The notes beneath the pieces are model-generated. The model was not told where the DNA came from, searched no databases, and was given only the letters and a program-made list of their open reading frames with translations. This document shows positions 18,225 to 27,466 of a stretch of DNA of 32,000 nt, one piece after another. Origin of the DNA: Candidatus Methylomirabilis oxygeniifera (lineage in GTDB: Bacteria; Methylomirabilota; Methylomirabilia; Methylomirabilales; Methylomirabilaceae); the NCBI GenBank assembly GCA_000091165.1, contig FP565575.1, forward strand, positions 840,001-872,000, in the 5' to 3' direction. The position numbers and the translations under genes were made by a program. Each line of letters begins with the position of its first letter. Positions within the stretch are counted from its first letter, which is position 1.

Positions 18225-18851
18225 CTACTCTTTCGCTCCCGTAGTCTGGTCGTTCGTCTGACGCCCGTCGAAATACGCAAGGCCGGCAGGCAGTTGTATT
18301 CGAATTGTGTCTTGCGCCACGCACGGACTCTACCAAGGGCAGCAGATCGCGTCAAGGTCAGAGTGGAGAAAAATTGTCGCAGAGTCATGATCGAGCATTC
18401 TTAGATCGAGGAAGCAAACGGCGGGAGCCTGTAAAAAGCAAAAGCCACAAGGTGTTCGTTCGTACATCACCTCCGGACTAGGCCGGACACCCCGTGGCTC
18501 TCTCGAGGAAACCTCACTTGGAGCGGGTTTTGGTCCCAGGCTAAGCCCTCTTGCTCTGCAAGCATTCACAACTTCGTGCTTGCTCGCGGCTCTTTCAGCC
18601 ATCGCCCGTTCACTGGGGCTTCCTCACTACTAATATAGGGCGATCCCCAATTGTGTGCAAGACCCACTCTGTGTTTATCCGACAGATCAGCCTGCTTTGT
18701 CTCTTTCCCAAGGATGCCGATGAAGGGTATACTGGGGCGCTCTTGCAGACAGGACACCTGGTAGGCACGCAGGAGAATCGGCGGAACGATGTCTTCAATG
18801 GCTGTGAGCGGATGGTCACATAACCTGCTTCACGGAAGGAGCCAACCGACC

Positions 18852-19325
18852 ATGATCCCGAAGTATCGGAAGTTGCTGGTCACTACCGATTTTTCGCCTC
18901 TCGGAAACGCTGCCGTTCCTCATGCGTATGCCGTCCTGGCAGAACGTGGCGGGACCGTCATTCTCTGCTACGTCACGGATGTGCATGGACCGCCGAACCC
19001 GCTCTACGCTCACTATTCGCCATGGGGCTCGCTCTCAGGAGAGGAGCGAACGGAGCTCCGACAGACACTGCTTCGTTCGCTGGAAGCACTTGTACCCGAG
19101 CAGGTCCGTCACGAGGGGATCGTGACAACGGAGGTGCGGGTGGTTGAGACCCCATTGCTGGTCCATGAGGCGATCTGTCAGGAGGCCGCCGAACTGGACG
19201 TGGATCTGATCGTGATGGGATCCCATGGTCATTCCGGGATGGCCCGCCTGCTCCTGGGCTCGGTGGCAGAGCAAGTACTGCGGTCAGCCGATCGCCCTAT
19301 TCTTATTGTCCACAGCCGAGGTTAA
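18852..19325 (+). CDS. Universal stress protein, single domain
   Basis: YRKLLVTTDFSPLGNAAVPHAYAVLAE...DLIVMGSHGHSGMARLLLGSVAEQVLRSADRPILIVHSRG. Confidence 0.92.
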   Translation: MIPKYRKLLVTTDFSPLGNAAVPHAYAVLAERGGTVILCYVTDVHGPPNPLYAHYSPWGSLSGEERTELRQTLLRSLEALVPEQVRHEGIVTTEVRVVETPLLVHEAICQEAAELDVDLIVMGSHGHSGMARLLLGSVAEQVLRSADRPILIVHSRG

Positions 19326-19507
19326 CGCCTCTTGTGTTGGCAGAGGCGCGAGATATCTGCGCTTGCGTCAAGTCATGGTGGGAATCTATAATGCTGCATA
19401 GATAGCCCGTACGGCATGGCTGTACTACGGCGTACAAAACCCCCATGGACCATAAAATGTGCCTAACAATCACATCCGCCCCTTGACAACCAAGACAGTT
19501 GCTCAAT

Positions 19508-19620
19508 CCCCCTCTGCGAAAGGGGGAAGCGAGGGTACGCATCAGTAATACCCCCCTTTACGAAAGGGGGGCTACGGGGAGTTTGTCTGAGCTGCGCGCT
19601 GATCGCTGAACGCTATGTTC
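19508..19620. repeat. Dispersed hairpin-containing repeat, copy B
   Basis: Hairpin near 19508-19526, CCCCCCTTTACGAAAGGGGGG 19551-19571, then GTTTGTCTGAGCTG...CGCTGATCGCTGAACGCTATGTTC. Confidence 0.8.
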
Positions 19621-19647
19621 GACGGCGCCTGGGACAGGAGGGATGGG

Positions 19648-20535
19648 GTGAAACGAGTAATGATGGCAGCGGTAGCAGCGATGACGCTGCTCGCGGCGAC
19701 TCCGTGGTTGACCCTGGCTGCGGGTTACGGCAACCCACAGTTGCTTGTGAACACTCAGTGGTTGATCCAGCACCTGAATGATCGGGATCTGCGGATCATC
19801 GACATGCGCAACAGCCCGGACGAGTACGCGGCCGGACACATTCCCGGCGCGGTCCATCTGTCGGTCAATCAGGCCCGTGTGGCCTTGAAAGAGTCCGGTT
19901 TCGCCCTGCCTCCCGATTATGAGATCGAAGAGCGATTGGGGCAGCTCGGAATCACCAAAGATACTATGGTGGTTGTATATGACGATCAGGGAGGGCTCAA
20001 TGCCTCGCGCCTGTTCTTTACCCTTGAATATGCCGGTCACAAAAAGGTGGCGTTGTTGAACGGGGGCATCACGAAGTGGGTCGCTGAAGAGCGGCCTCTG
20101 TCGAAGACGGCGCCGCAGGTGAGTAAGACGGTCTACCAGGTCCAGGCTGAGACGCAGCGTGTCGTGGCGGCGAACTGGATTGTCGCCAACCTGGGGAAGC
20201 CGAATCTGGCCCTGGTGGACGCGCGATCGGCTGCTGAGTTTCGCGGCGAGGATCTGCGGGCCAAGCGGGGAGGCCACATCCCGGGGGCCGTCAACATTGA
20301 GTGGACGCACAACCTGGCCGCCGACAAGACATTCAAACCGGCGGAGGAACTCCTGGCGCTTTATAGCCAGGCGGGGGTCACGAAGGATAAGACGATCGTG
20401 AGCTACTGCCAGACGATGCATCGCGGCGCCGTGACCTACTTTATACTCCGGCTCCTGGGGTATTCGGATGTTCGCGGGTACGATCGCTCCTGGAGCGAGT
20501 GGGGTAACGACCTGTCGCTGCCCGCACAGTGGTGA
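19648..20535 (+). CDS. Exported tandem-rhodanese thiosulfate sulfurtransferase
   Basis: GTG start with AGGAGG at 19637-19642; signal-peptide-like MKRVMMAAVAAMTLLAATPWLTLAAG; second domain VSYCQTMHRGAVTYFILRLLGYSDVRGYDRSWSEW. Confidence 0.88.
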   Translation: MKRVMMAAVAAMTLLAATPWLTLAAGYGNPQLLVNTQWLIQHLNDRDLRIIDMRNSPDEYAAGHIPGAVHLSVNQARVALKESGFALPPDYEIEERLGQLGITKDTMVVVYDDQGGLNASRLFFTLEYAGHKKVALLNGGITKWVAEERPLSKTAPQVSKTVYQVQAETQRVVAANWIVANLGKPNLALVDARSAAEFRGEDLRAKRGGHIPGAVNIEWTHNLAADKTFKPAEELLALYSQAGVTKDKTIVSYCQTMHRGAVTYFILRLLGYSDVRGYDRSWSEWGNDLSLPAQW

Positions 20536-20637
20536 GCGGGTGGTGGAGATACAAGACGCTCTGTGGACGACGGTCGGACGTACGACATATCTTCGCGGTG
20601 ACAGGCTGCAACATTTTGCGATGGCGTGAGGAGAGAC

Positions 20638-21636
20638 ATGGGTGAGTTGCGGCGCGATCCGGTAAGAAATCGTTGGGTAGTGATCGATTCGGAGCGGCCG
20701 GATCGAGATGCCGGCTTGAAGGTGGAGGCGCAGCCGCCCCCACCGCTTTCCGGTCCATGCCCCCTATGTCCCGGTAATGAGTTGATGACTCCACCCGAGA
20801 TTATGGCGTTTGGCGAGCCCTCACGCCAGCGGAATCAGACCGGCTGGTGGGTTCGAGTTACCCCTGACCTGCAGCCTCTGTGCCGGATTGAGGGTGATTT
20901 CGATCGAAGGCCGGAGGGGCCCTTCGACGTGATGAATGCCGTAGGGGCCCATGAGATCGTCATAGAGAGTCCACAGCATCATTCAACGTGGGCGGAATTT
21001 TCGGAGCAGCAGTTGGAGCGGGTGCTGCGCGCCTACCGGCTACGCAGTCTGGATCTTCGCCTGGATGAGCGGTTCCGATCGCTGATCGTCGTCAAGAACC
21101 ATGCGGATGCGGCCGGCATCCTCAGCCATCCCCATTCCCACGTGCTGGCATTCCCGTTCGTCCCGTACGGGATTGAAGAGGAACTGCGCGGGTGTCGGGA
21201 GTTCTACGCGAGAAAGGAGCGCTGCGCCTTCTGCGACATCATACTCCATGAGCGGGTCTCACGCGTCAGACGGGTGGCGGAGACCGAGCACTTCGTGGTG
21301 GTGACGCCCTTCGCCTCCCGCTTTCCTTTCGAGACGTGGGTGCTGCCACTCCGTCACGCCTCCGATTTCGCGAAGATCGGCGAAAGAGAGTTGGTCGATC
21401 TGGCCGGCCTCATGAAGCGGATGATGCAGATGGTCGGGAAGGTGCTCGGCAACCAGTCCTGCACGATCGTCCTCCATAGCGCCCCATTCGACGAACCGCA
21501 CCGGCATGACTATCACTGGCATTTAGAGATCATCCCTAAAACTGCGCCTGTGGCGGCATTCGGGTGGGGCGCCAGACTTTTTGTGAACCCGATTCCGCCT
21601 GAGGAGGCGGCCGTCCTGATGGCGCCACAGATGTAA
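20638..21636 (+). CDS. Galactose-1-phosphate uridylyltransferase-like protein (GalT/HIT superfamily)
   Basis: LRRDPVRNRWVVIDSERPDRD, CPLCPGNE, SHPHSHVLAFPFVP, CAFCDII, YHWHLEIIPK. Confidence 0.85.
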   Translation: MGELRRDPVRNRWVVIDSERPDRDAGLKVEAQPPPPLSGPCPLCPGNELMTPPEIMAFGEPSRQRNQTGWWVRVTPDLQPLCRIEGDFDRRPEGPFDVMNAVGAHEIVIESPQHHSTWAEFSEQQLERVLRAYRLRSLDLRLDERFRSLIVVKNHADAAGILSHPHSHVLAFPFVPYGIEEELRGCREFYARKERCAFCDIILHERVSRVRRVAETEHFVVVTPFASRFPFETWVLPLRHASDFAKIGERELVDLAGLMKRMMQMVGKVLGNQSCTIVLHSAPFDEPHRHDYHWHLEIIPKTAPVAAFGWGARLFVNPIPPEEAAVLMAPQM

Positions 21637-21645
21637 GGCGACGCG

Positions 21646-22251
21646 ATGTGCCCGCCGGAGCCGCAGAAGCTCAGCCTGAACCTGGGGGATGCCCTGATCG
21701 TTGTGGATGTCCAGAACGATTTTCTGCCGGGGGGTAGCTTGGCGGTGCCGCAAGGGGATGACGTCATCCCTGTCCTCAATCGCTACCTGGCCGATTTTGC
21801 GCGCCGAGGCCTGCCGATCTTCATCACCCGAGACTGGCACCCCCCTGATCACTGTTCGTTTCAACCATACGGGGGACCTTGGCCTCCTCATTGTGTGGCC
21901 GGTTCGGAAGGCGCGGCGTTTGCCCCCGCCCTCGAACTTCCCGCCTCCAGTACCCGCATTACCCTCAAAGGCACGCAGCCAGAGAAGGACGCCTATTCCG
22001 CGTTCGACGGAACGGATCTTGATGTACGGCTGCGCGCCCATGGCGTAGGGCGCCTCTTTGTCGGCGGCCTGGCGACCGACTACTGCGTCCTGTGTACGGT
22101 AGAGGATGGTCTGAAGGCCGGGTATGCGGTCGTTCTCCTTCAGGATGCGGTCCGGGCCGTCAATGTGCGCCCCGGTGACGGAGAACGGGCGGAAGCGGAG
22201 ATGATTCGACGGGGGGCCATACCGATCCGACTGGAGATGCTGGCTGTATGA
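21646..22251 (+). CDS. pncA: Nicotinamidase
   Basis: DALIVVDVQNDFLPGGSLAVPQGDDVIP...TRDWHPPDHCSF...WPPHCVAGSEGAAF...GLATDYCVLCTVEDGLKAGY. Confidence 0.92.
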   Translation: MCPPEPQKLSLNLGDALIVVDVQNDFLPGGSLAVPQGDDVIPVLNRYLADFARRGLPIFITRDWHPPDHCSFQPYGGPWPPHCVAGSEGAAFAPALELPASSTRITLKGTQPEKDAYSAFDGTDLDVRLRAHGVGRLFVGGLATDYCVLCTVEDGLKAGYAVVLLQDAVRAVNVRPGDGERAEAEMIRRGAIPIRLEMLAV

Positions 22252-23585
22252 GTCGTCCATCAAGCCTACTGTTGACCGATCTCTATCAGCTCACCATGCT
22301 GCAAGGGTATGTCGAGCATGGGATGGAGGAGCAGGCGACCTTTGAGTTCTTTGTGCGTAAGCTGCCGCCGACGCGAAATTTCCTGCTGGCGGCGGGGCTG
22401 GAACAGGCGCTGAGCTTCCTCGAAGAGTTGCGTTTTACATCCGAGGAGCTGGAGTGGCTGAGCGGCTGCGGTCTGTTTCGGCCGACCCTTGTAGACTACC
22501 TGGAAACCCTGCATTTTACCGGCGATGTGCATGCGATGCCGGAAGGAACGGTCTTTTTCCCTGATGAGCCGATCGTACGGATCACCGCCCCGATTCCACA
22601 GGCGCAACTGGTAGAGACGCGTCTGATTAACCTGCTCCACTTCCAGACCCTCATCGCCTCCAAGGCGGTGCGTTCGGTGCTCGTTGCCCCGGGAAAGCTC
22701 CTGGTCGATTTTGGTCTGCGTCGCGCCCACGGGGCGGAGGCCGGGTTGCTTGCGGCGCGCGCCAGCTACCTTGCGGGATTCTCAGGGACGTCCGCGGTGC
22801 AGGCGGCGCCGGTATTCGGCATACCGATCTACGGGACGATGGCGCACTCCTTCGTTCAGGCTCACGTGGATGAGACGGCCGCCTTCGAACGTTTCGCGTA
22901 TGCGAATGCGGATAATGTTGTCCTGCTCATCGACACCTACGATACCGAGGCGGGTGCGGCGAAGGTCGTATCGCTGGCGTCGCGATTGCGGGAGAAGGGC
23001 ATCGCCATCCAGGGGGTGCGCCTGGACAGCGGTGATCTTGCGGACCATGCCCGCAAGGTGCGGCGGATTCTGGACGAGGGTGGGTTGACCGACGCGACGA
23101 TCTTTGCCAGCGGGAACCTGGACGAGTTCAGCGTGGCGCAGTTGCTCGCCGCGCAAGCTCCGATTGATGGCTTTGGCATCGGCACGCGCATGGATACCTC
23201 CGCCGATGCCCCCTACCTGGATTGTGCCTACAAGCTGGAGGAATACGGTGGACAGGCACGTCGGAAGCGCTCTGAGGGCAAGGCGACATGGCCGGGCCGC
23301 AAGCAGGTTTATCGCCGGTATGACGCCGACGGCCGTATGCACTCCGATATCCTGACCGTGGAAGATGATCTGCAGGATGGCGAGCCGTTGATCCGGCCGG
23401 TGATGCGCGCCGGCAAGCGCCTTTGCGCTCCGCCTCCCCTCACGACACTTCGTGAGCGCGTGCGTGAACAACTCGCGCGTTTGCCGCACGGGCTGCGGAC
23501 GCTTGAGAAAGGGCCGGACTATCCCGTTCACGTCTCTGCTGCGCTACGCGACCTGGCCAAGACTGTAGACGAACATCAACTCTGA
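22248..23585 (+). CDS. pncB: Nicotinate phosphoribosyltransferase
   Basis: SLLLTDLYQLTMLQGYVEHGMEEQATFEFFVRKLPPTRNFLLAAGLEQAL...PIYGTMAHSFVQ...VRLDSGDL; 4-bp overlap with pncA. Confidence 0.93.
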   Translation: MSRPSSLLLTDLYQLTMLQGYVEHGMEEQATFEFFVRKLPPTRNFLLAAGLEQALSFLEELRFTSEELEWLSGCGLFRPTLVDYLETLHFTGDVHAMPEGTVFFPDEPIVRITAPIPQAQLVETRLINLLHFQTLIASKAVRSVLVAPGKLLVDFGLRRAHGAEAGLLAARASYLAGFSGTSAVQAAPVFGIPIYGTMAHSFVQAHVDETAAFERFAYANADNVVLLIDTYDTEAGAAKVVSLASRLREKGIAIQGVRLDSGDLADHARKVRRILDEGGLTDATIFASGNLDEFSVAQLLAAQAPIDGFGIGTRMDTSADAPYLDCAYKLEEYGGQARRKRSEGKATWPGRKQVYRRYDADGRMHSDILTVEDDLQDGEPLIRPVMRAGKRLCAPPPLTTLRERVREQLARLPHGLRTLEKGPDYPVHVSAALRDLAKTVDEHQL

Positions 23586-23645
23586 ACGGCTTGACCGCCT
23601 ACGGCTGTCATGCTACAGTCGGCCCATTCCTTTCGTCGTAACCGT

Positions 23646-23723
23646 GCGCCCGTAGCTCAGCCCGGATAGAGCGTTTGCCTGCGGAGCAAAAGGCCGGCAG
23701 TTCAAATCTGCCCGGGCGCACCA
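23646..23723 (+). tRNA. tRNA-Arg, anticodon GCG, encoded CCA
   Basis: GCGCCCG/CGGGCGC acceptor, GCTC/GAGC D-stem, TTTGC-CTGCGGA-GCAAA anticodon arm, GGCAG-TTCAAAT-CTGCC T-arm, A73, CCA. Confidence 0.9.
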
Positions 23724-23853
23724 ATGACTTCCAACCAGTACTGCCTCCGGGCCTGCCTTTCGCCATAGAATATTACGACGTGTTGTTCAGAGCGTATAGG
23801 GGTGGGGCGCCATACGATGACGGTTCAGTTAGGGTTACAGGGGGAGGTGCGAC

Positions 23854-24429
23854 ATGAGTAGGATTGTGGATGAGGTGCTCACCGCGAACAGGGGCTATGC
23901 CGCAACGTTTGGAGACAAGAGCACGTTGCCGATGCCGCCGGGACGACGGTTTGCCATCCTGACCTGTATGGATGCGCGTCTTGATCCGGCCAAGTACGCG
24001 GGGCTGTCGGAAGGGGATGCGCACGTGATCCGCAATGCAGGCGGACGCGCCAGCGACGACGCGATCCGGTCGCTGGTCATTTCCTACAAGCTCCTGGGCA
24101 CCCGGGAATGGTTCGTCATCCATCACACCAATTGCGGGATGGAGACCTTTACCGATGAGATCATGCGCGGGCTACTGGCCAAGAGTCTGAAGACCGCAAC
24201 CATCGATGCCGCCGGATGGCATGATACCGGTCAAGGTCCCGGGTCAACGGAAGGCGCGTTTATCGACTGGTTGACCATCGCCGACCAGGTCGAGAGTGTC
24301 AGTGCCGACGTGCGCCGCATCAGGATGCATCCGCTGGTCCCGCGCGATATTCCCATCTATGGCTACATCTACGACGTGAAGACCGGTCAGCTTGTCGAGG
24401 TCTCTGAAGCCACGCGAATCGGGGCGTAG
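23854..24429 (+). CDS. Beta-class carbonic anhydrase
   Basis: [64 protein letters not shown] carries the Cys/Asp-Arg and His-x2-Cys zinc motifs. Confidence 0.93.
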   Translation: MSRIVDEVLTANRGYAATFGDKSTLPMPPGRRFAILTCMDARLDPAKYAGLSEGDAHVIRNAGGRASDDAIRSLVISYKLLGTREWFVIHHTNCGMETFTDEIMRGLLAKSLKTATIDAAGWHDTGQGPGSTEGAFIDWLTIADQVESVSADVRRIRMHPLVPRDIPIYGYIYDVKTGQLVEVSEATRIGA

Positions 24430-24726
24430 AGGCGAAACATTTATCGTCCCTGGCCGTCGGGTGGGAAACCGCTGGAAACAGTAGATCTTCACCGGCTAGG
24501 CCGCTCATAGCGTCTCCTTGTCCAACGTGCTACGCTATCTGGAAACGTCTGCATCAAGGTGCTGCGAGAGTACCGGCGCCCTGGTGCGCTCGTTCTCCGT
24601 TGTAAGCTATTCAAGCGCTCTTCCGATGTCAGTCCCGATCGTTCGACAAGAAGGGTTAGATTGATCCCGAAGTCGTGCGCCGGCGCGATAGCGCTGTGTG
24701 GTCGAGGATTGCAACCAAAAAAATTC

Positions 24727-24756
24727 TTGACAGACGAAGTATGGGGGTTGTATAAG
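24727..24756 (+). promoter_or_regulatory. Predicted sigma-70 promoter upstream of the Rrf2 gene
   Basis: TTGACA (24727-24732), 18-nt spacer, TATAAG (24751-24756); followed by ACTTAC (24777-24782) / GTAAGT (24793-24798) inverted repeat. Confidence 0.6.
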
Positions 24757-24806
24757 AAACACGACTAGCTCAATCGACTTACTATGTTTTCGGTAAGTAG
24801 TGAAAA

Positions 24807-25256
24807 ATGAAAGTATCTACAAAAGGTGATTACGCAACACGAGCCATGCAGGATCTGGCCCTCCACTATGAGCAAGGCCCGATTCAGATTGAGGATATCG
24901 CCAAGCGGCAACACCTCCCAGCCAGGTACCTGGAACAGATCCTGTTGAGCCTCAAGCGAGCCGGATTTCTGGAGAGTAAGCGCGGGGTGAGCGGCGGTTA
25001 CTACCTGGCTAAACATCCCCGTGAGATCACCGTTGGCGCCATTATCAGGGCGATGGAGGGACCGATTGTCCCGATTTTCTGCGTCGGAAGCGGCCAGCGG
25101 GAGATCTGCATTGAAGAGCCTCAGTGCTGTCTGCGGGACATCTGGGCCGAGGTGCGCGACGCAGTGAGCCACATTGTCGACCGTACCTCCTTGGAAGACC
25201 TCTGCGGACAGATCCGTGCGAGACGGGAGCGAGGAGAGGTCAGCTACCAAATCTAA
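24807..25256 (+). CDS. Rrf2/IscR/CymR-family transcriptional regulator
   Basis: MKVSTKGDYATRAMQDLALHYEQGPIQIEDIAKRQHLPARYLEQILLSLKRAGFLESKRGVSGGYYLAKHPREIT, with Cys cluster FCVGSGQREICIEEPQCC. Confidence 0.93.
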   Translation: MKVSTKGDYATRAMQDLALHYEQGPIQIEDIAKRQHLPARYLEQILLSLKRAGFLESKRGVSGGYYLAKHPREITVGAIIRAMEGPIVPIFCVGSGQREICIEEPQCCLRDIWAEVRDAVSHIVDRTSLEDLCGQIRARRERGEVSYQI

Positions 25257-25289
25257 CCTATCTGGGCTGCCTGGAGATCGGATACGTAG

Positions 25290-26204
25290 ATGCCACGGTT
25301 GGTTCGAAACGCTCTGGAACTGATTGGCGACACGCCGCTGGTTCAGTTGCAGCGGATACCGCATCCTGGATCGGCCAGGATTTTCGCCAAGCTGGAGTCG
25401 CTCAATCCGGGCGGAAGTGTGAAGGATCGGATCGCCCTGGCGATGATCGAGGATGCGGAGCGGAGTGGGCGCCTCAAGCCAGGCGATACGATTGTCGAGC
25501 CGACGTCAGGCAATACCGGGATCGGGCTGGCGATGGTCGCTGCCGTCAAGGGGTATCACCTGATTCTGACGATGCCGGAGGATATGAGCGCAGAACGGCG
25601 GAAGTTGGTCGGTCGGTTCGGGGCCGAAGTGATTCTGACCCCGGCCATTGAGGGGATGAGCGGCGCGGTCTATGCGGCAGAATCGCTGGTGGCGCAACAT
25701 CCCGGTTACTTCATGCCGCAACAGTTTCTGAATCCGGCCAACCCGGCCGTTCATCGTCGTACGACGGCACAAGAGATTCTGAAAGCGACTGATGGCCAGG
25801 TCGATGCTTTTGTGGCCGGTGTCGGGACCGGTGGAACGATTACCGGGGTGGGCGAGGTGCTCAAAAGGGAAGTTCCCGGCATTCAGGTGATCGCGGTAGA
25901 GCCGGCCAGATCTCCCGTCTTGCAGGGAGGGAGGGCCAGGCCGCATGGTATTCAGGGGATCGGCGCAAGCTTTGTCCCCGGCGTACTGAATATGGAAGTC
26001 GTTGATGAAGTGATCGCGGTTGAGGACGAGGACGCCTATCGGATGGCCTCTCGTCTGGGTAAAGAGGAGGGCCTGCTGGTGGGGATCTCAGCCGGGGCCA
26101 ACGTCTTTGCCTCAGTAGTGGTCGCCCAACGGCTTGACAGCAAAAAGGTTGTGGTCACAATCCTCCCCGACACGGGGGAGCGATACTTATCGGTTCCACT
26201 GTAA
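25290..26204 (+). CDS. cysK: Cysteine synthase A (O-acetylserine sulfhydrylase-like)
   Basis: IGDTPLVQL, SLNPGGSVKDRIALAMIEDAE, EPTSGNTGIGLAMV, AGVGTGGTITGVGE, PHGIQGIGASFVPGVL. Confidence 0.93.
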   Translation: MPRLVRNALELIGDTPLVQLQRIPHPGSARIFAKLESLNPGGSVKDRIALAMIEDAERSGRLKPGDTIVEPTSGNTGIGLAMVAAVKGYHLILTMPEDMSAERRKLVGRFGAEVILTPAIEGMSGAVYAAESLVAQHPGYFMPQQFLNPANPAVHRRTTAQEILKATDGQVDAFVAGVGTGGTITGVGEVLKREVPGIQVIAVEPARSPVLQGGRARPHGIQGIGASFVPGVLNMEVVDEVIAVEDEDAYRMASRLGKEEGLLVGISAGANVFASVVVAQRLDSKKVVVTILPDTGERYLSVPL

Positions 26205-26224
26205 CCTGCAAGGGGGCAAAACGA

Positions 26225-27373
26225 ATGAATGCCTGCCGTGATATGAAGATCTCTCAACCGCGCACATCAGCGAACAGCGACCGCAGCGTGGCGATCCGTG
26301 TCTATATCCCGACTCCGTATCGGGGACTGACCGACAATCAGCCTCGTGTCGAAGGGCGAGGAGATGATCTGGTAGAACTTCTGGAGGATTTGGACCGACG
26401 CTTTCCAGGGATTCATGGGCGTGTGTTCGATCAGATGGGCGAATTCCACCGTCACCTCAATATCTATGTCAACAATGTGGCGGTAGAGGAGTTAGGCGGG
26501 AAGCGGACCGCACTCAAGGATGGCGACGAGGTGGCGTTGATCCCGGCTATGGCGGGAGGCGCCGGACCGTTCAATGAAGAGCAGATCCGCCGTTACAGTC
26601 GCCATATCATCCTTCCCGAGGTAGGCGGGAAGGGGCAGCGCAAACTGTTGAACAGTTCGGCGTTGCTCGTCGGCGCAGGCGGTCTGGGATCCCCTGCGGC
26701 TCTCTACCTGGCGGCTGCCGGTGTGGGTCGTCTCGGCATCATTGACGCCGATGTGGTGGACTTGAGCAACCTGCAGCGTCAGATTCTTCACCATGTGGAT
26801 GATGTGGGGCGGCCGAAGGTGATCTCAGCGGTCGAGGCGATCGGCCAGATCAATCCCGACGTAAAGGTGGAGCCGTTTCAAGCGGTCCTCTCCTCGGAGA
26901 ACGCGAAGGAGGTTATCAGTCAGTACGATCTGGTGGTCAATGGCTGCGATAATTTTCCGACGCGATACCTGACGAACGACGCCTGCGTGCTGCTCAAGAA
27001 ACCACTCGTGGACGGAAGTATCTTTAAGTTTGAAGGGCAGGTGACGGTCTTTCTGCCCGGTCAAGGCTGCTATCGCTGCCTATATCCGGCCCCTCCGCCA
27101 CCAGGGCTTGTGCCGAGCTGTCAGGAGGCCGGTGTACTGGGTGTGCTGTGCGGCATTGTCGGCAGCCTGCAGGCGATTGAGGCAATCAAGCTGCTGCTCG
27201 GGATCGGCGACTCGCTGGCCGGGCGGTTGCTTTTCTTCGATTCGTTGGGGATGGAGTTCAGGCAGGTCAAGGTGCGGCGCGACTCCGACTGTCCGGTGTG
27301 CGGAGACGATCCGACCATCACCGATCTGATCGATTATCACGAATTCTGTGGAGTGCCGGGCGGTGGTCACTGA
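26225..27373 (+). CDS. Fusion: CysO/MoaD-like sulfur carrier domain + MoeB/MoeZ/ThiF-type E1 adenylyltransferase
   Basis: N-term VAIRVYIPTPYRGLTDNQPRVEGRGDDLVELLEDLDRRFPGIHGRVFDQMGEFHRHLNIYVNNVAVEELGGKRTALKDGDEVALIPAMAGG, then YSRHIILPEVGGKGQRKLLNSSALLVGAGGLGSPAALYLAAAGVG...CYRCLYP...CPVCG; continuous frame. Confidence 0.92.
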   Translation: MNACRDMKISQPRTSANSDRSVAIRVYIPTPYRGLTDNQPRVEGRGDDLVELLEDLDRRFPGIHGRVFDQMGEFHRHLNIYVNNVAVEELGGKRTALKDGDEVALIPAMAGGAGPFNEEQIRRYSRHIILPEVGGKGQRKLLNSSALLVGAGGLGSPAALYLAAAGVGRLGIIDADVVDLSNLQRQILHHVDDVGRPKVISAVEAIGQINPDVKVEPFQAVLSSENAKEVISQYDLVVNGCDNFPTRYLTNDACVLLKKPLVDGSIFKFEGQVTVFLPGQGCYRCLYPAPPPPGLVPSCQEAGVLGVLCGIVGSLQAIEAIKLLLGIGDSLAGRLLFFDSLGMEFRQVKVRRDSDCPVCGDDPTITDLIDYHEFCGVPGGGH

Positions 27374-27466
27374 GGTTGCGAACGGCGCAGCCATGGTCCG
27401 GATGATGGGCCTTGGTCTCGTTGTAGGGGTGCCTTCGGATATGCCCTGCAACGCGGTCGCTTCTGC

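Noticed and set aside
19558-20421. 287-aa minus-strand ORF
   Set aside because: Opposite strand of the tandem rhodanese gene, whose sense reading has clear motifs.
21646-23585. pncA-pncB pair as part of an NAD-related defence module
   Set aside because: Both are ordinary NAD salvage enzymes with 4-bp overlap; no NADase or sensor neighbour is present.
24559-24768. 69-aa ORF upstream of the Rrf2 gene
   Set aside because: Overlaps the predicted promoter, no good ribosome-binding site and no recognisable similarity.
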